The translations under genes were made by a program, and so were the position numbers. This document shows, piece after piece, positions 26,043-34,995 of a DNA stretch of 64,000 bases. The stretch covers positions 26,565 through 90,564 of the forward strand of contig JBBEAN010000014.1 of NCBI GenBank assembly GCA_040882865.1. The letters are read 5' to 3'. Each line of letters opens with the position of its first letter. Position 1 is the first letter of the stretch. The notes below the pieces were generated by a model. The model was not told the DNA's origin and ran no database searches. It saw nothing but the letters and a program-made list of their open reading frames with translations. The stretch comes from Gammaproteobacteria bacterium. GTDB taxonomy: Bacteria; Pseudomonadota; Gammaproteobacteria; Natronospirales; JAIVGZ01.

Positions 26043-26870
26043 ATGATGCAGTTCACTGAGCTTTTCTATCGACTCGCTGCGAGCGGCCTCGTCCCGCGGC
26101 GGTTGTTCGGGCCGCCGTTGCCGGCGTTCGCGCCGTTCCGCCCAGCGGGCGCCCAAACCCAAATCGAGATTGTCAGCCACTGCTGGCGGTACGCGACGCT
26201 GCTGACCTACCAGTTGTCGTCATTGGTGCTGCACTACCCGCGCGACGTCTCGGTGACGATGACCGTGTTCTACGCGGAAGAAGATGCGGCCACGCGTCGC
26301 GTGCTCGATTTCTTCACGAAGCAGGACGTGCCGAACGTGCGCTGGAACTGGTGGAAGCTGCCGAAAGAGCGCCTATTTCGGCGGTCGATCGGGCGCAATC
26401 TCGCCGCGCTGGCGTCGGAAGCGGACTGGGTGTTTTTCACGGACTGTGACGTACTGTTCCGGGACGACGCGCTCGATGCGCTCGGGCGCGCCGTGCTTGG
26501 CACGACCGCGCCGTTGGTGTTCCCGCGCGAGCACCTCGTGACGCCGTTGCTCCCCGACGACGACCCGCTGTTCAGGATTCCCGACGACACCGTGGTCGAC
26601 GTGCCGGTCCGCGAGTGGCTGCCCGACGTGCGCGATCGCGCGACCGGGCCGCTGCAGGTTACGCGCGGTGACGCCGCGCGCGCGATCGGCTACTGCGCGA
26701 CCACGCGGTATTTCCAACAGCCCGCGGATCGATTCCAGAAAGCGCGGGAGGACCGCGTGTTCCGGTGGCTGATGGGGACGCAGGGGACACCGATTGAGGT
26801 CGACGGAATTTATCGCATCCGCCACCAGGTGAAGGGGCGGAAGGGCGCGGCTATCGCCAGTCCAGATTGA
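26043..26870 (+). CDS. Glycosyltransferase-like protein (tentative)
   Basis: 275 aa. FFTDCDVLF is a DxD-like motif. No further support. Confidence 0.45.
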   Translation: MMQFTELFYRLAASGLVPRRLFGPPLPAFAPFRPAGAQTQIEIVSHCWRYATLLTYQLSSLVLHYPRDVSVTMTVFYAEEDAATRRVLDFFTKQDVPNVRWNWWKLPKERLFRRSIGRNLAALASEADWVFFTDCDVLFRDDALDALGRAVLGTTAPLVFPREHLVTPLLPDDDPLFRIPDDTVVDVPVREWLPDVRDRATGPLQVTRGDAARAIGYCATTRYFQQPADRFQKAREDRVFRWLMGTQGTPIEVDGIYRIRHQVKGRKGAAIASPD

Positions 26871-27498
26871 AGTGCGTCGCGCCGACCGCGGTCAAGCGGT
26901 CGCGTAGCGCGCGCGTCGGTTTACGCAACGATTTCACACGCCGGTCGTGCACCTCGACGAACGCTTGCCCGATGTCATCGTGCAGCCCCTCGTCGATGAG
27001 CCGGTTCAGGAGCGCGACTTCCGCGCCCTCGACGTCCATCTTCAGGAGTTTGATCTTGCCGCCGACGCTTCTGATGAACGCGACGATGTCGATGCCCTCG
27101 ACCGTCTCGTAGTCGCCGTGCGAGACGTTCGACTTGTCGGCGACGAGCGATGAGCTCACCGAGCGCAGTAACGGGTCGTCCTTCGCGCGCTTGTGCAGGT
27201 AGAGCTTCACCTCGCCGGGTTCGGTGGTGAGCGCGGCGTGGTGGCAGGTCACGTTCGGGAGGTCCTTGGTCGCTTTGACGAGCTCGGCGTACGCGACCGA
27301 GTTCGGCTCGAACGCGTGCACGGTCGCGCCGGTGCGCGCCATCGGCACGGTGAACTTGCCGACGTTCGCGCCGCAGTCGATCGCGACGTCGCCAGGCGCG
27401 AGCGCGGCGACCGCGGCCTCGAACGCTTCTTCCTGCGGGCGGTAACGGCGATTGCGGCGTGCGGTGTCCCACTCGCGTAACCAGGACAGGAGTTTCAT
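26851..27498 (-). CDS. FkbM-family methyltransferase
   Basis: 215 aa from ATG 27498. VAIDCGANVGKFT SAM motif and LLKMDVEGAE. The 403-aa track ORF is over-extended. Confidence 0.8.
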   Translation of the reverse strand: MKLLSWLREWDTARRNRRYRPQEEAFEAAVAALAPGDVAIDCGANVGKFTVPMARTGATVHAFEPNSVAYAELVKATKDLPNVTCHHAALTTEPGEVKLYLHKRAKDDPLLRSVSSSLVADKSNVSHGDYETVEGIDIVAFIRSVGGKIKLLKMDVEGAEVALLNRLIDEGLHDDIGQAFVEVHDRRVKSLRKPTRALRDRLTAVGATHFNLDWR

Positions 27499-28919
27499 AG
27501 CGCGATTATAGCGGTGATGGTGGCGATCGCGATGAGGTTCAGCCCGAATCCAGCGCGCATCATCTGTCGGATCGAGACCATCCCCGACGCGAACACGATG
27601 GCGTTTGGCGGCGTCGCAACGGGCAACATGAACGCACAGGTCGCAGCGAGTGCGGCCGCGAACAGGACCGGCATCGGATCGAGCCCGAGGCCGATTGCAG
27701 CAGCGGCCAGCACTGGGATGAATGTGTTCGCGACGGCGGTGTTGCTGGACAGCTCGGTCAGGAATACGACCAAGGTCGTCGCGGCGAGCAGCACCCAAAG
27801 CAGATGCACTCCGTCGAGCCCCGCGAACCCGGACGCGAGCCATGCGTCCACGCCGTTCGCGCTGATTGCGGCGGCGAGGCTCAGGCCACCGCCGAACAGC
27901 AGCAGGATGCCCCACGGCAGTTTTTGCGCCGTGTCCCAGTCGAGCGCACGCAGCAGGAACAGCGCGAGCGCGCCCGTCATCGCGATGATCGCGTCGGACA
28001 ATGCGGTAAGGCCGGTCAGCGCCGCGAGCTGCGGGCGGAATATCCACGCGAGCGCGGTGCATGCAAATACGATCGCGACGATGCGCTCGCCGCGGCTGAT
28101 TGGACCGAGCCCCGCAAACTCCGCGCGCATCTCTTCACGGGCGGCGGCCGGAACGACGAGCCGCAGCGGGTGCGCGACGCGCGTCAGGTACAGCCAGGCG
28201 GTCGGCAGTAGCACGACGACCACCGGAATACCGACTTTCATCCACGCGACCATGGTGACGTCGATGCCGAGTTCGGCGCGCGCGTAGTTCGCGAGCACGA
28301 GGTTCGGCGGCGAACCGATCAGCGTGCCGAGCCCGCCGATCGAGGCCGCGTACGCGATGCCGAGCATCAGGCAGGTCGAGAGGTTGTCGAGCGCGGGTCG
28401 GTCATCGGCCGTGACGTGGCGGCGCAGCAGCTCAATGACGCTGATGCCGACCGGTAGCAGCATCACTGTCGATGCAGTGTTCGAGATCCAAAGGCTTAGC
28501 GAAGCGGTCGCGAGCATGAAGCCGCCGACGAGGCGTGGGGGCGAGGTGCCGACGGCGCGCACGATGTTCAGCGCGATGCGGCGGTGCAGGCCCCAGCGCT
28601 GCATCGCGAGGCCAATCATGAAGCCGCCCATGAACAGGAACACGATCTCGGACGCGTAAGGGCGCATCGCGGCCGCCGCAGGCAGCGCGTCGGTCAGCGG
28701 GAACAGCACGACGGGCAGGAGCGAAGTTGCCGGCAGCGGAATGGCCTCGGTCATCCACCACACCGCCATCCAGATACCGATGGCCGCAGTGACGCGACCG
28801 CCGTGGTCGAGACCGCCGGCCGCACCATCCGGGATGAACGCGTAGGCGAGCGCGGCGAGCAGGGGGCCCGTGAGAAGACCGAACCCTGCGAATTGGTGAT
28901 TGGAGTGGGCAGCCGACAC
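27495..28919 (-). CDS. SLC13/DASS-family anion:sodium symporter
   Basis: 474 aa polytopic membrane protein with a typical DASS profile. GTG start. ATGA overlap with the downstream methyltransferase start. Confidence 0.8.
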   Translation of the reverse strand: MSAAHSNHQFAGFGLLTGPLLAALAYAFIPDGAAGGLDHGGRVTAAIGIWMAVWWMTEAIPLPATSLLPVVLFPLTDALPAAAAMRPYASEIVFLFMGGFMIGLAMQRWGLHRRIALNIVRAVGTSPPRLVGGFMLATASLSLWISNTASTVMLLPVGISVIELLRRHVTADDRPALDNLSTCLMLGIAYAASIGGLGTLIGSPPNLVLANYARAELGIDVTMVAWMKVGIPVVVVLLPTAWLYLTRVAHPLRLVVPAAAREEMRAEFAGLGPISRGERIVAIVFACTALAWIFRPQLAALTGLTALSDAIIAMTGALALFLLRALDWDTAQKLPWGILLLFGGGLSLAAAISANGVDAWLASGFAGLDGVHLLWVLLAATTLVVFLTELSSNTAVANTFIPVLAAAAIGLGLDPMPVLFAAALAATCAFMLPVATPPNAIVFASGMVSIRQMMRAGFGLNLIAIATITAIIAL

Positions 28920-28931
28920 ACCGGGAATATA

Positions 28932-29684
28932 TCAGTCCGGCAGGTGCAAGCCCTTGAGAATCTCCGAGGTGTCCATGACCAGGCGCGCATCGCCGTGGGT
29001 CAATGCGATTTCGGTCGGCGACGGTGTGAGTGGGAAAAATACGGTGATCTGGCGCGCTTCACCGGGTGCGAGCGTCAATGGAAGCTCGGTTTGACGGCGC
29101 TGGATTTCGTTGTTCACCTTCCGATTGTTGTTCGCACGCATGATGCCGCCGACCGCGAGCACCGGCGTGGCGATCACGGCGCCCATCGCGGCGACGCCGG
29201 TCGCCGCAGTTCCGCCCCACAGCGCGGCGGTGGCCAGTGGCGCTGCGACGCCGTACCAGACAACGGCGCCTGTCGCCGCCAGCGCGAGCCCACCCATTCC
29301 CGCTTTGACCTTTAGGCCCGACTCGCGATACCGGCGCACGGCCTGCTTACTGCCTTTGACAAGCGCCTTACGGTCGGTGGCTGGCACCACCCGGGTACCG
29401 AGCGAGTCCACGAGCGCGATGGAATCAACCTGGATCGGGGCGCTGGTCGGGTTGGTGACCGCAATCAAGTATTCGTCCCAGTCGGCGTTGCGCGCCCAGG
29501 TGCCCGGTCCGTCGCGCACGATCACCCACGCGAGCGTCGCGGCGACATCCTCGCTCTCGGCGAGCGCCAGCGGCTGCACGATTTCGATCGGCTGGGGGTC
29601 TTTGAGAATCTTGGTGCCGCCGCACGCTGCGAGGCCCGACCCGACGAGGCCGAGTACGAACACCAACACGATGCGCGAGGTCAC
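28932..29684 (-). CDS. Lipoprotein, unknown function
   Basis: GTG start. Lipobox LAAC after a hydrophobic signal, with internal hydrophobic segments. Confidence 0.6.
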   Translation of the reverse strand: MTSRIVLVFVLGLVGSGLAACGGTKILKDPQPIEIVQPLALAESEDVAATLAWVIVRDGPGTWARNADWDEYLIAVTNPTSAPIQVDSIALVDSLGTRVVPATDRKALVKGSKQAVRRYRESGLKVKAGMGGLALAATGAVVWYGVAAPLATAALWGGTAATGVAAMGAVIATPVLAVGGIMRANNNRKVNNEIQRRQTELPLTLAPGEARQITVFFPLTPSPTEIALTHGDARLVMDTSEILKGLHLPD

Positions 29685-29723
29685 GGTCGAATGCTAAACC
29701 CGTTGTGGTAGCGTAGCAATTCT

Positions 29724-30215
29724 ATGGTCGAAGAACCCCGTAAACCGGTGAATCCAGTCACACCGCCACGGCCGGTGGCGCCCCCGACGGACGTTCCGTC
29801 GCGGCCGGTGCCACCCGGCAATCCGGTCGGCATTGTCGCGGTCGTTGCAGTGTGCGTCGCGCTGGCTGCGTGCGGCCAGCAGGACTCATCAGCCGGCAGC
29901 CATCCGTCGGCGACGATGGCCCGTGCCGAGGTCACCGAAGCGGTGACGTTGCTGAACACGGCGCGCGGGCCTGTGCTGCAGCATTACCGTAGTACCGGCG
30001 CGTGGCCGACCGACGCCGAGCTCGCGCGGCTCGCGCCGATGCAGTCGGGCTCGTACTCGAGCAACCTGCGGGTCGGCAACGGCACCGAACTCTTGATCGA
30101 CTACAAAGGCGTCGCCGAAGGCTTGGTCTATATGACGTTCAATCCCGGGGACGGAAGCTGGACCTGCGGGACCGAGGGACTGGCAGACACGCAGGTGCCG
30201 CCGAACTGCCGGTAA
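29724..30215 (+). CDS. Pilin-headpiece-like protein with a lipoprotein signal instead of the class III pilin N-terminus
   Basis: The C-terminal part (EVTEAVTLLNTARGPVLQHYRSTGAWPT ... GDGSWTCGTEGLADTQVPPNCR) looks like a type IV pilin globular domain with the terminal disulfide loop. The N-terminus is Pro-rich followed by VAVVAVCVALAACGQQ (lipobox). The start codon is uncertain. Confidence 0.55.
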   Translation: MVEEPRKPVNPVTPPRPVAPPTDVPSRPVPPGNPVGIVAVVAVCVALAACGQQDSSAGSHPSATMARAEVTEAVTLLNTARGPVLQHYRSTGAWPTDAELARLAPMQSGSYSSNLRVGNGTELLIDYKGVAEGLVYMTFNPGDGSWTCGTEGLADTQVPPNCR

Positions 30216-30238
30216 TCGCGGCGCAAAGGCGCCGCTCC
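30215..30238 (+). repeat. REP2 unit immediately after the pilin-like stop; terminator-like hairpin
   Basis: ATCGCGGCGCAAAGGCGCCGCTCC with the internal hairpin GCGGCGC-AAAG-GCGCCGC, followed by TCCTTTG. Confidence 0.75.
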
Positions 30239-30277
30239 TTTGCGGCCGGTCAACAGCATGGTGGTAATCTTAAGCGC

Positions 30278-30739
30278 ATGAGAAACCCGCTGGCATTGGG
30301 TGTCTTCCTGCTTCTGGTCTTCATGGTCGCGCAGCTGGGTTGGTTGTTCCCGCCCGGCGAGTGGTACGCGGACCTCGCGCGACCCGCGTTCGCGCCGCCG
30401 AACTGGGTGTTCGGGCCGGTTTGGACCGTGCTGTACGTAATGATTGCGGTGGCGGGCTGGCTCATCTGGCAGGCCACAGGGACGCAGTCGAAGGCCATCA
30501 AGCTGTGGGGCGCGCAACTCGTGTTGAATGCGCTTTGGACGCCGCTGTTCTTTGGTCTGCACGCCCTGGGTCTCGCGCTCGTGGAAATGACGCTGCTCTG
30601 GCTCGTGATTGTCGCGTGCGTCGTGGTGTTTCGGCGCGTGTCGAAGCTTGCCGCGTGGTTGTTCGTGCCGTACGTCGCGTGGGTGAGTTTCGCGTGGGCG
30701 TTGAACGCAGGATTCTGGCTGCTCAATCGCTCGGCGTGA
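30278..30739 (+). CDS. tspO: TspO/MBR tryptophan-rich sensory protein
   Basis: 153 aa from ATG 30278. PPNWVFGPVWTVLY and LWTPLFF family motifs. Confidence 0.9.
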   Translation: MRNPLALGVFLLLVFMVAQLGWLFPPGEWYADLARPAFAPPNWVFGPVWTVLYVMIAVAGWLIWQATGTQSKAIKLWGAQLVLNALWTPLFFGLHALGLALVEMTLLWLVIVACVVVFRRVSKLAAWLFVPYVAWVSFAWALNAGFWLLNRSA

Positions 30740-31145
30740 ACGACTCCGACGCGACGCGCCAACCGCCGTCGTCCTCGCGCCGCCATTTGGCACTGTAATT
30801 TCCACTCCCCTCGACACGCGCACCCGTGTGCGTCCAATGCCCTGACCAAGTACCGTGCTCTTCGGCTTCACCGCCGCGGAGTTCGATCGTAGCGGGCTTG
30901 CGTACATACACGACTTCGGCGTCCTGTTTGAATTTAAGTGTCCAGTGATTGAGTAGTGCATCGTGGCCGGTGACAGTGGTGCCGGTACTCGCAAGTAGCG
31001 CGCAGTCGTGCGTCAAGCACGCCGCAATGGCTATGGGGTCGCGCGCAAGAATCGCGGCGTTGTAATGCGCGCGCGCGGCGCGGATGTCGGCCTCGTCGTC
31101 CACGCTCCGATTCTCACCCGCGGGCCATAACCTGACAATCGCCAC
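30723..31145 (-). CDS. SnoaL/DUF4440-like (NTF2 fold) protein
   Basis: DIRAARAHYNAAILARDPIAIAACL... and the C-terminal YSAKWRREDDGGWRV pattern. The GTG 31145 start is a guess. The upstream part of the track ORF overlaps the divergent gene. Confidence 0.55.
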   Translation of the reverse strand: MAIVRLWPAGENRSVDDEADIRAARAHYNAAILARDPIAIAACLTHDCALLASTGTTVTGHDALLNHWTLKFKQDAEVVYVRKPATIELRGGEAEEHGTWSGHWTHTGARVEGSGNYSAKWRREDDGGWRVASESFTPSD

Positions 31146-31218
31146 AGCGTGGCCTGCACGTCGTAACTGCGCGTGATAGCCCACAGAACAGCGTTCGGAA
31201 CCGCTCTCAAATCGAGTT

Positions 31219-31698
31219 ATGAAGCTCGGTTTGCAGGTGTTGGTGTGGGTGGCGGTCCTGTTCGGGGCCGTCGCGCACGCGCAATCGTCGTTGAGTTTCT
31301 CGGCCGGACAACTCGGCGTCACCGATGACCTGCGCGAGCCGCAGTGGTATGGGGTTGAACTGCGCTTCGCACCCGTCTTGCGATGGGCCATCGTGCCGGG
31401 AATCGGCTTTCACCGCGCGGGATGCGGCGCCAACTATGTCTACGCAGATTTTCGCAAGCCGATTTGGCTGTCCGACCGCTGGGCGCTGACGCCGCACTTC
31501 GGGCCGGGTCTATTCACGGACAGCGACCAGGTGAATCTCGGTCACGACATCCAGTTCCGCAGCGGCATCGAGCTCGTCTATCGCACGCGGAAGAATCTGC
31601 AGGTCGGCGTCGGCATCACTCATTTGTCGAATGGCAGCCTCAGCGAACGCAACCCCGGGACCGAAACCATCGGCGTGTCGTTCTCGATGCCGATATAG
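31219..31698 (+). CDS. PagL-like lipid A deacylase / acyloxyacyl hydrolase (outer membrane)
   Basis: Signal peptide. The C-terminal GVGITHLSNGSLSERNPGTETIGVSFSMPI matches the PagL H-x-S-N ... N-x-G-x-E tail. Confidence 0.8.
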   Translation: MKLGLQVLVWVAVLFGAVAHAQSSLSFSAGQLGVTDDLREPQWYGVELRFAPVLRWAIVPGIGFHRAGCGANYVYADFRKPIWLSDRWALTPHFGPGLFTDSDQVNLGHDIQFRSGIELVYRTRKNLQVGVGITHLSNGSLSERNPGTETIGVSFSMPI

Positions 31699-31744
31699 CA
31701 CGCCGCGTTCTATACTCGGGGAAATACCAACCCCGGGGATACCC

Positions 31745-33028
31745 ATGAAACACGTCATCACCGCGGTCGTCGCGACTCTGTCGCTGTTCGCCCAGACCGT
31801 TCTCGCCGATACGACCGTCATCCGCGCGGGTGCGTTGTTCGACGGCACCTCGGAGCGGGTGCAGCGCGACATGACCGTCATCGTCCGTGACGGTCGCATC
31901 ACCGAGGTCGGCCGCAACCTCGCGGTCCCCGATGGCGCGCAGGTGATCGACCTGTCGGGATACACGGTCATGCCGGGACTCATCGATCTGCACACGCATC
32001 TCATGGGGGATCCGTCGGAACTCGGCAAAGACCGGGGCGGCTTCCTGTTCCGCTATCCCGACCGCGCGATTCTGCTTGGCGCGGTCCATGCTGAGCGGAC
32101 CTTGCGCGCGGGGTTCACCACAGTGCGCGACGTCGGCGCACCGGGTACGACTGCGCTGGCGCTGCGAGATGCGATTGCCGAGGGGCTCGTGACCGGGCCG
32201 CGCATCGTCGCCGGTATCGCGATGGGCACCACAGGCAGCCATTGCGACCCGGCAACCGGCGTCCGCCCGGGTAATGTCGAGCTCGCCGGCGCCGAGGATT
32301 ACGTGTTCGATGGACCCGACGAGGCACGTGAGACCGTGCGCCGCGCGGTGCGCGCGGGTGCCGACGTGATAAAAATTTGTGCGACGGCGGGCGTGCTGTC
32401 GATGTCCGACGACATCGGCCCCGCCCAGATGACACCGGCCGAGCTCGAAGCTGTCATCGAGACTGCGCGCTCGCTGAACCGCCGGGTCGTCGCGCACGCA
32501 CACGGGCTGGAGGGTATCCGGAACGCGGTCGCCGCGGGTATCACGACCATCGACCATGGCAGCATCCTCGACGACGCCGTGCTGCGCGAGATGAAAAAGC
32601 GCGGCACCTGGCTCGTGCCGACGATGATGGCGTATAGCGCCGTGATGAAGATGGTCGACGAGGGCACGTTACCGCCGGGGCCGGCCGCGAAGGCCAGTGC
32701 GATCCGCGACGTCGTGCGTGATTCGCATCGACGCGCGTTTCGCTCGGGCGTGAAGGTCGCATTCGGCACCGACGCAGGCGTGTTCCCGCATGGCGACAAC
32801 GCGAGAGAATTCGAGCTGATGGTCGAGGCGGGCATGGCGCCGGCGCAGGCGTTGCTCGCCGCGACGCGCAATGCCGCAGACGCGCTCGGCCGACTCGACC
32901 AGTTCGGGACGATCGAAATCGGTAAGTCCGCCGACATCATCGCGGTCGAGGGCGACCCGCTCGACGACGTTCGCGTGATGGAGCGGGTCGGCTTTGTGAT
33001 GAAGGGTGGGGTGGTCTACAGCGACTGA
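31745..33028 (+). CDS. Secreted amidohydrolase (imidazolonepropionase/Xaa-Pro dipeptidase-like)
   Basis: ATG 31745 with a signal peptide. PGLIDLHTHL and HAHG metal motifs. Confidence 0.8.
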   Translation: MKHVITAVVATLSLFAQTVLADTTVIRAGALFDGTSERVQRDMTVIVRDGRITEVGRNLAVPDGAQVIDLSGYTVMPGLIDLHTHLMGDPSELGKDRGGFLFRYPDRAILLGAVHAERTLRAGFTTVRDVGAPGTTALALRDAIAEGLVTGPRIVAGIAMGTTGSHCDPATGVRPGNVELAGAEDYVFDGPDEARETVRRAVRAGADVIKICATAGVLSMSDDIGPAQMTPAELEAVIETARSLNRRVVAHAHGLEGIRNAVAAGITTIDHGSILDDAVLREMKKRGTWLVPTMMAYSAVMKMVDEGTLPPGPAAKASAIRDVVRDSHRRAFRSGVKVAFGTDAGVFPHGDNAREFELMVEAGMAPAQALLAATRNAADALGRLDQFGTIEIGKSADIIAVEGDPLDDVRVMERVGFVMKGGVVYSD

Positions 33029-34941
33029 AGCTGCTCGAGTTCCGCCCAGCGGTTAACGGCCTTCTCGAGTTCGGCACGCTGGTCGTCGAGCTCATCGAGC
33101 AGCGGCTGATAGCGCGTGTAGTCCTGCGTGTAGAACTCCGGATGGGTCGTCTCGACCTCGAGCTGTTCAATACGCACCTCGAGCGCCTCGATGCGCGCGG
33201 GCAATTGATTGAGCTCGCGCTGCAGCTTGTAGCTGAGCTTCCTCGCCTTGCCAACAAAGGGGTCAGAACAAGGTACCGGATCCCCTGATCCGGTACTTTG
33301 TTCTGACCCCTTCCGTTGGGTGCGCGGGTCTTCGGCTTCGGTGAGGCGCTGGCCCTTGCGCTCCCAGTCGCTGAAGCCGCCCGCGTACGCGCGCACGCGG
33401 AAGCCTTCCTCAAACACGAGCGTGCTGGTCACGACGTTGTCGAGGAACTCGCGGTCGTGGCTGACGACAATCAGCGTGCCCTGATAATCGACGAGTTGGT
33501 CTTCCAGCACCTCGAGCGTCTCGACATCGAGGTCGTTCGTCGGCTCGTCGAGCACCAGCAGGTTTGTCGGGCGTGTGAACAGACGCGCGAGAATCACGCG
33601 GTTGCGCTCGCCGCCCGAGATCGACTTGATCGGCGTCATCGCGCGCTTCGGCGGGAACAGGAAGCCCTTCAGGTACCCGATCACGTGGCGTTGCTTGCCG
33701 TTGAGCATCACGTAGTCGCGCCCGTCGCCGACGATTTCGGCGATGGTCTTCTCCGGGTCGAGGTCGCGGCGCATCTGGTCGAAATAGCCGATCTCGAGGT
33801 TCGTGCCGAGTTTCACGACGCCGGAGTTGGGCTTGAGCTCGCCGAGCATGATTTTTAAAAGTGTCGACTTGCCGACGCCGTTGTTGCCGATGAGCCCGAT
33901 GCGGTCGCCGCGCATGACCTTCAGCGACAGCTTGTCGATCAGCTGGTGGTCGTCGTAGCCGTGCGCGACGTTCTTGAGTTCGATGACCTTGCGGCCTGAC
34001 TCTGCGTCCGTCTGCTCGATGTGGATGCGGGCTTTCTGCTGCGGCTTGAACTTCTGCCGCTCAGTGTACTCTTCGCGCATCGCCTGCAGCGCACGCACGC
34101 GGCCTTCGTTGCGCGTGCGCCGCGCTTTGATGCCTTGGCGCACCCACACCTCTTCCTCGGCCAAACGCTTCTCGAACTCGGCCTTGTCCTTTGCTTCCGC
34201 GTGCAACGCCTCGTCCTTGCGGCGCAGGAAATTCTTGTAGTTGCCCGGCCAGCTCGTGAGCTTCGCGCGGTCGAGTTCGACGATGCGCGTCGCGAGGCGC
34301 TGCAGGAACGCGCGGTCGTGCGTAATGAACAGCACCGACCCGGGGTAGCCACGGATGCGGTCTTCGAGCCACTGGATCGCCGCGAGGTCCAAGTGGTTCG
34401 TCGGCTCATCGAGTAGCAGGAGTTCGGGATTCGAGACGAGCGCGCGCGCGAGGCCGATGCGACGCTGCCAGCCGCCCGACAGATCACGAAGTTTCTTTTC
34501 GCCCGGCAGGTCGAGTTCTGTGAGCACCGTCTCGACGCGCTTGTCGAGATTCCAACCGCCTTCTGCATCGATGCGGTGCTGCAAGTCCTGCAGCTCACGC
34601 ATGCCGGCTTTGTCCATCTCGCGTTGCGACTGGGCGCGGTATTCGCGGATCAACTGGTCGAGGTGGGCGAGGCCGGTCGTCACGTATTCGGTGACCGTGA
34701 GGTCGAGCTCGCTCGGCAGCGCCTGCTCGAGCTGGCTGATGCGCAGCGCCTGTTTGTAGCGGATCTCGCCCGAGTCGGCGGGCAGCATGCCCATGATGAG
34801 TTTCAGCAACGTGGACTTGCCGGCGCCGTTGCGACCGATCAGGCAGATGCGCTCACCGGCCTCGATGGTGAGGTCTGCATGGCGCAGGATCGGCTGGTCA
34901 CCGAATTCGAGGGATAGGTCGTCGCAGGTCAGCAGCGTCAT
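33016..34941 (-). CDS. uup: ABC-F ATPase Uup-type, with a REP1 palindrome in frame in the linker
   Basis: Two ABC cassettes (GRNGAGKST, GNNGVGKST) and a C-terminal coiled coil (KLSYKLQRELNQLPARIEALE). Start taken at ATG 34941. Confidence 0.9.
   Translation of the reverse strand: MTLLTCDDLSLEFGDQPILRHADLTIEAGERICLIGRNGAGKSTLLKLIMGMLPADSGEIRYKQALRISQLEQALPSELDLTVTEYVTTGLAHLDQLIREYRAQSQREMDKAGMRELQDLQHRIDAEGGWNLDKRVETVLTELDLPGEKKLRDLSGGWQRRIGLARALVSNPELLLLDEPTNHLDLAAIQWLEDRIRGYPGSVLFITHDRAFLQRLATRIVELDRAKLTSWPGNYKNFLRRKDEALHAEAKDKAEFEKRLAEEEVWVRQGIKARRTRNEGRVRALQAMREEYTERQKFKPQQKARIHIEQTDAESGRKVIELKNVAHGYDDHQLIDKLSLKVMRGDRIGLIGNNGVGKSTLLKIMLGELKPNSGVVKLGTNLEIGYFDQMRRDLDPEKTIAEIVGDGRDYVMLNGKQRHVIGYLKGFLFPPKRAMTPIKSISGGERNRVILARLFTRPTNLLVLDEPTNDLDVETLEVLEDQLVDYQGTLIVVSHDREFLDNVVTSTLVFEEGFRVRAYAGGFSDWERKGQRLTEAEDPRTQRKGSEQSTGSGDPVPCSDPFVGKARKLSYKLQRELNQLPARIEALEVRIEQLEVETTHPEFYTQDYTRYQPLLDELDDQRAELEKAVNRWAELEQLQSL
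33259..33310. repeat. REP1 inverted-repeat element inside the uup CDS
   Basis: GGGGTCAGAACAAGGTACCGGA-tcccctga-TCCGGTACTTTGTTCTGACCCC. Read on the minus strand it gives GSEQSTGSGDPVPCSDP, without a stop. Confidence 0.85.
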
Positions 34942-34956
34942 GGGGCCGCTAAGTAT

Positions 34957-34984
34957 ATCGCGGCGCAAAGGCGCCGCTCCTACA
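34957..34984 (+). repeat. REP2 unit, intergenic (DUF885 gene / uup)
   Basis: ATCGCGGCGCAAAGGCGCCGCTCCTACA, identical to 46677-46704. Confidence 0.85.
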
Positions 34985-34995
34985 CAGCGCGCGCC

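Noticed and set aside
31640-32557. Other long antisense ORFs (31640-32557, 35077-36105, 55096-56136, 56535-57497, 57941-58882, 61250-62002, 61969-62718)
   Set aside because: Each lies opposite a CDS with strong family motifs (amidohydrolase, DUF885, RND, AbgT, ABC ATPase, histidine kinase, response regulators), so they are GC-skew artefacts.
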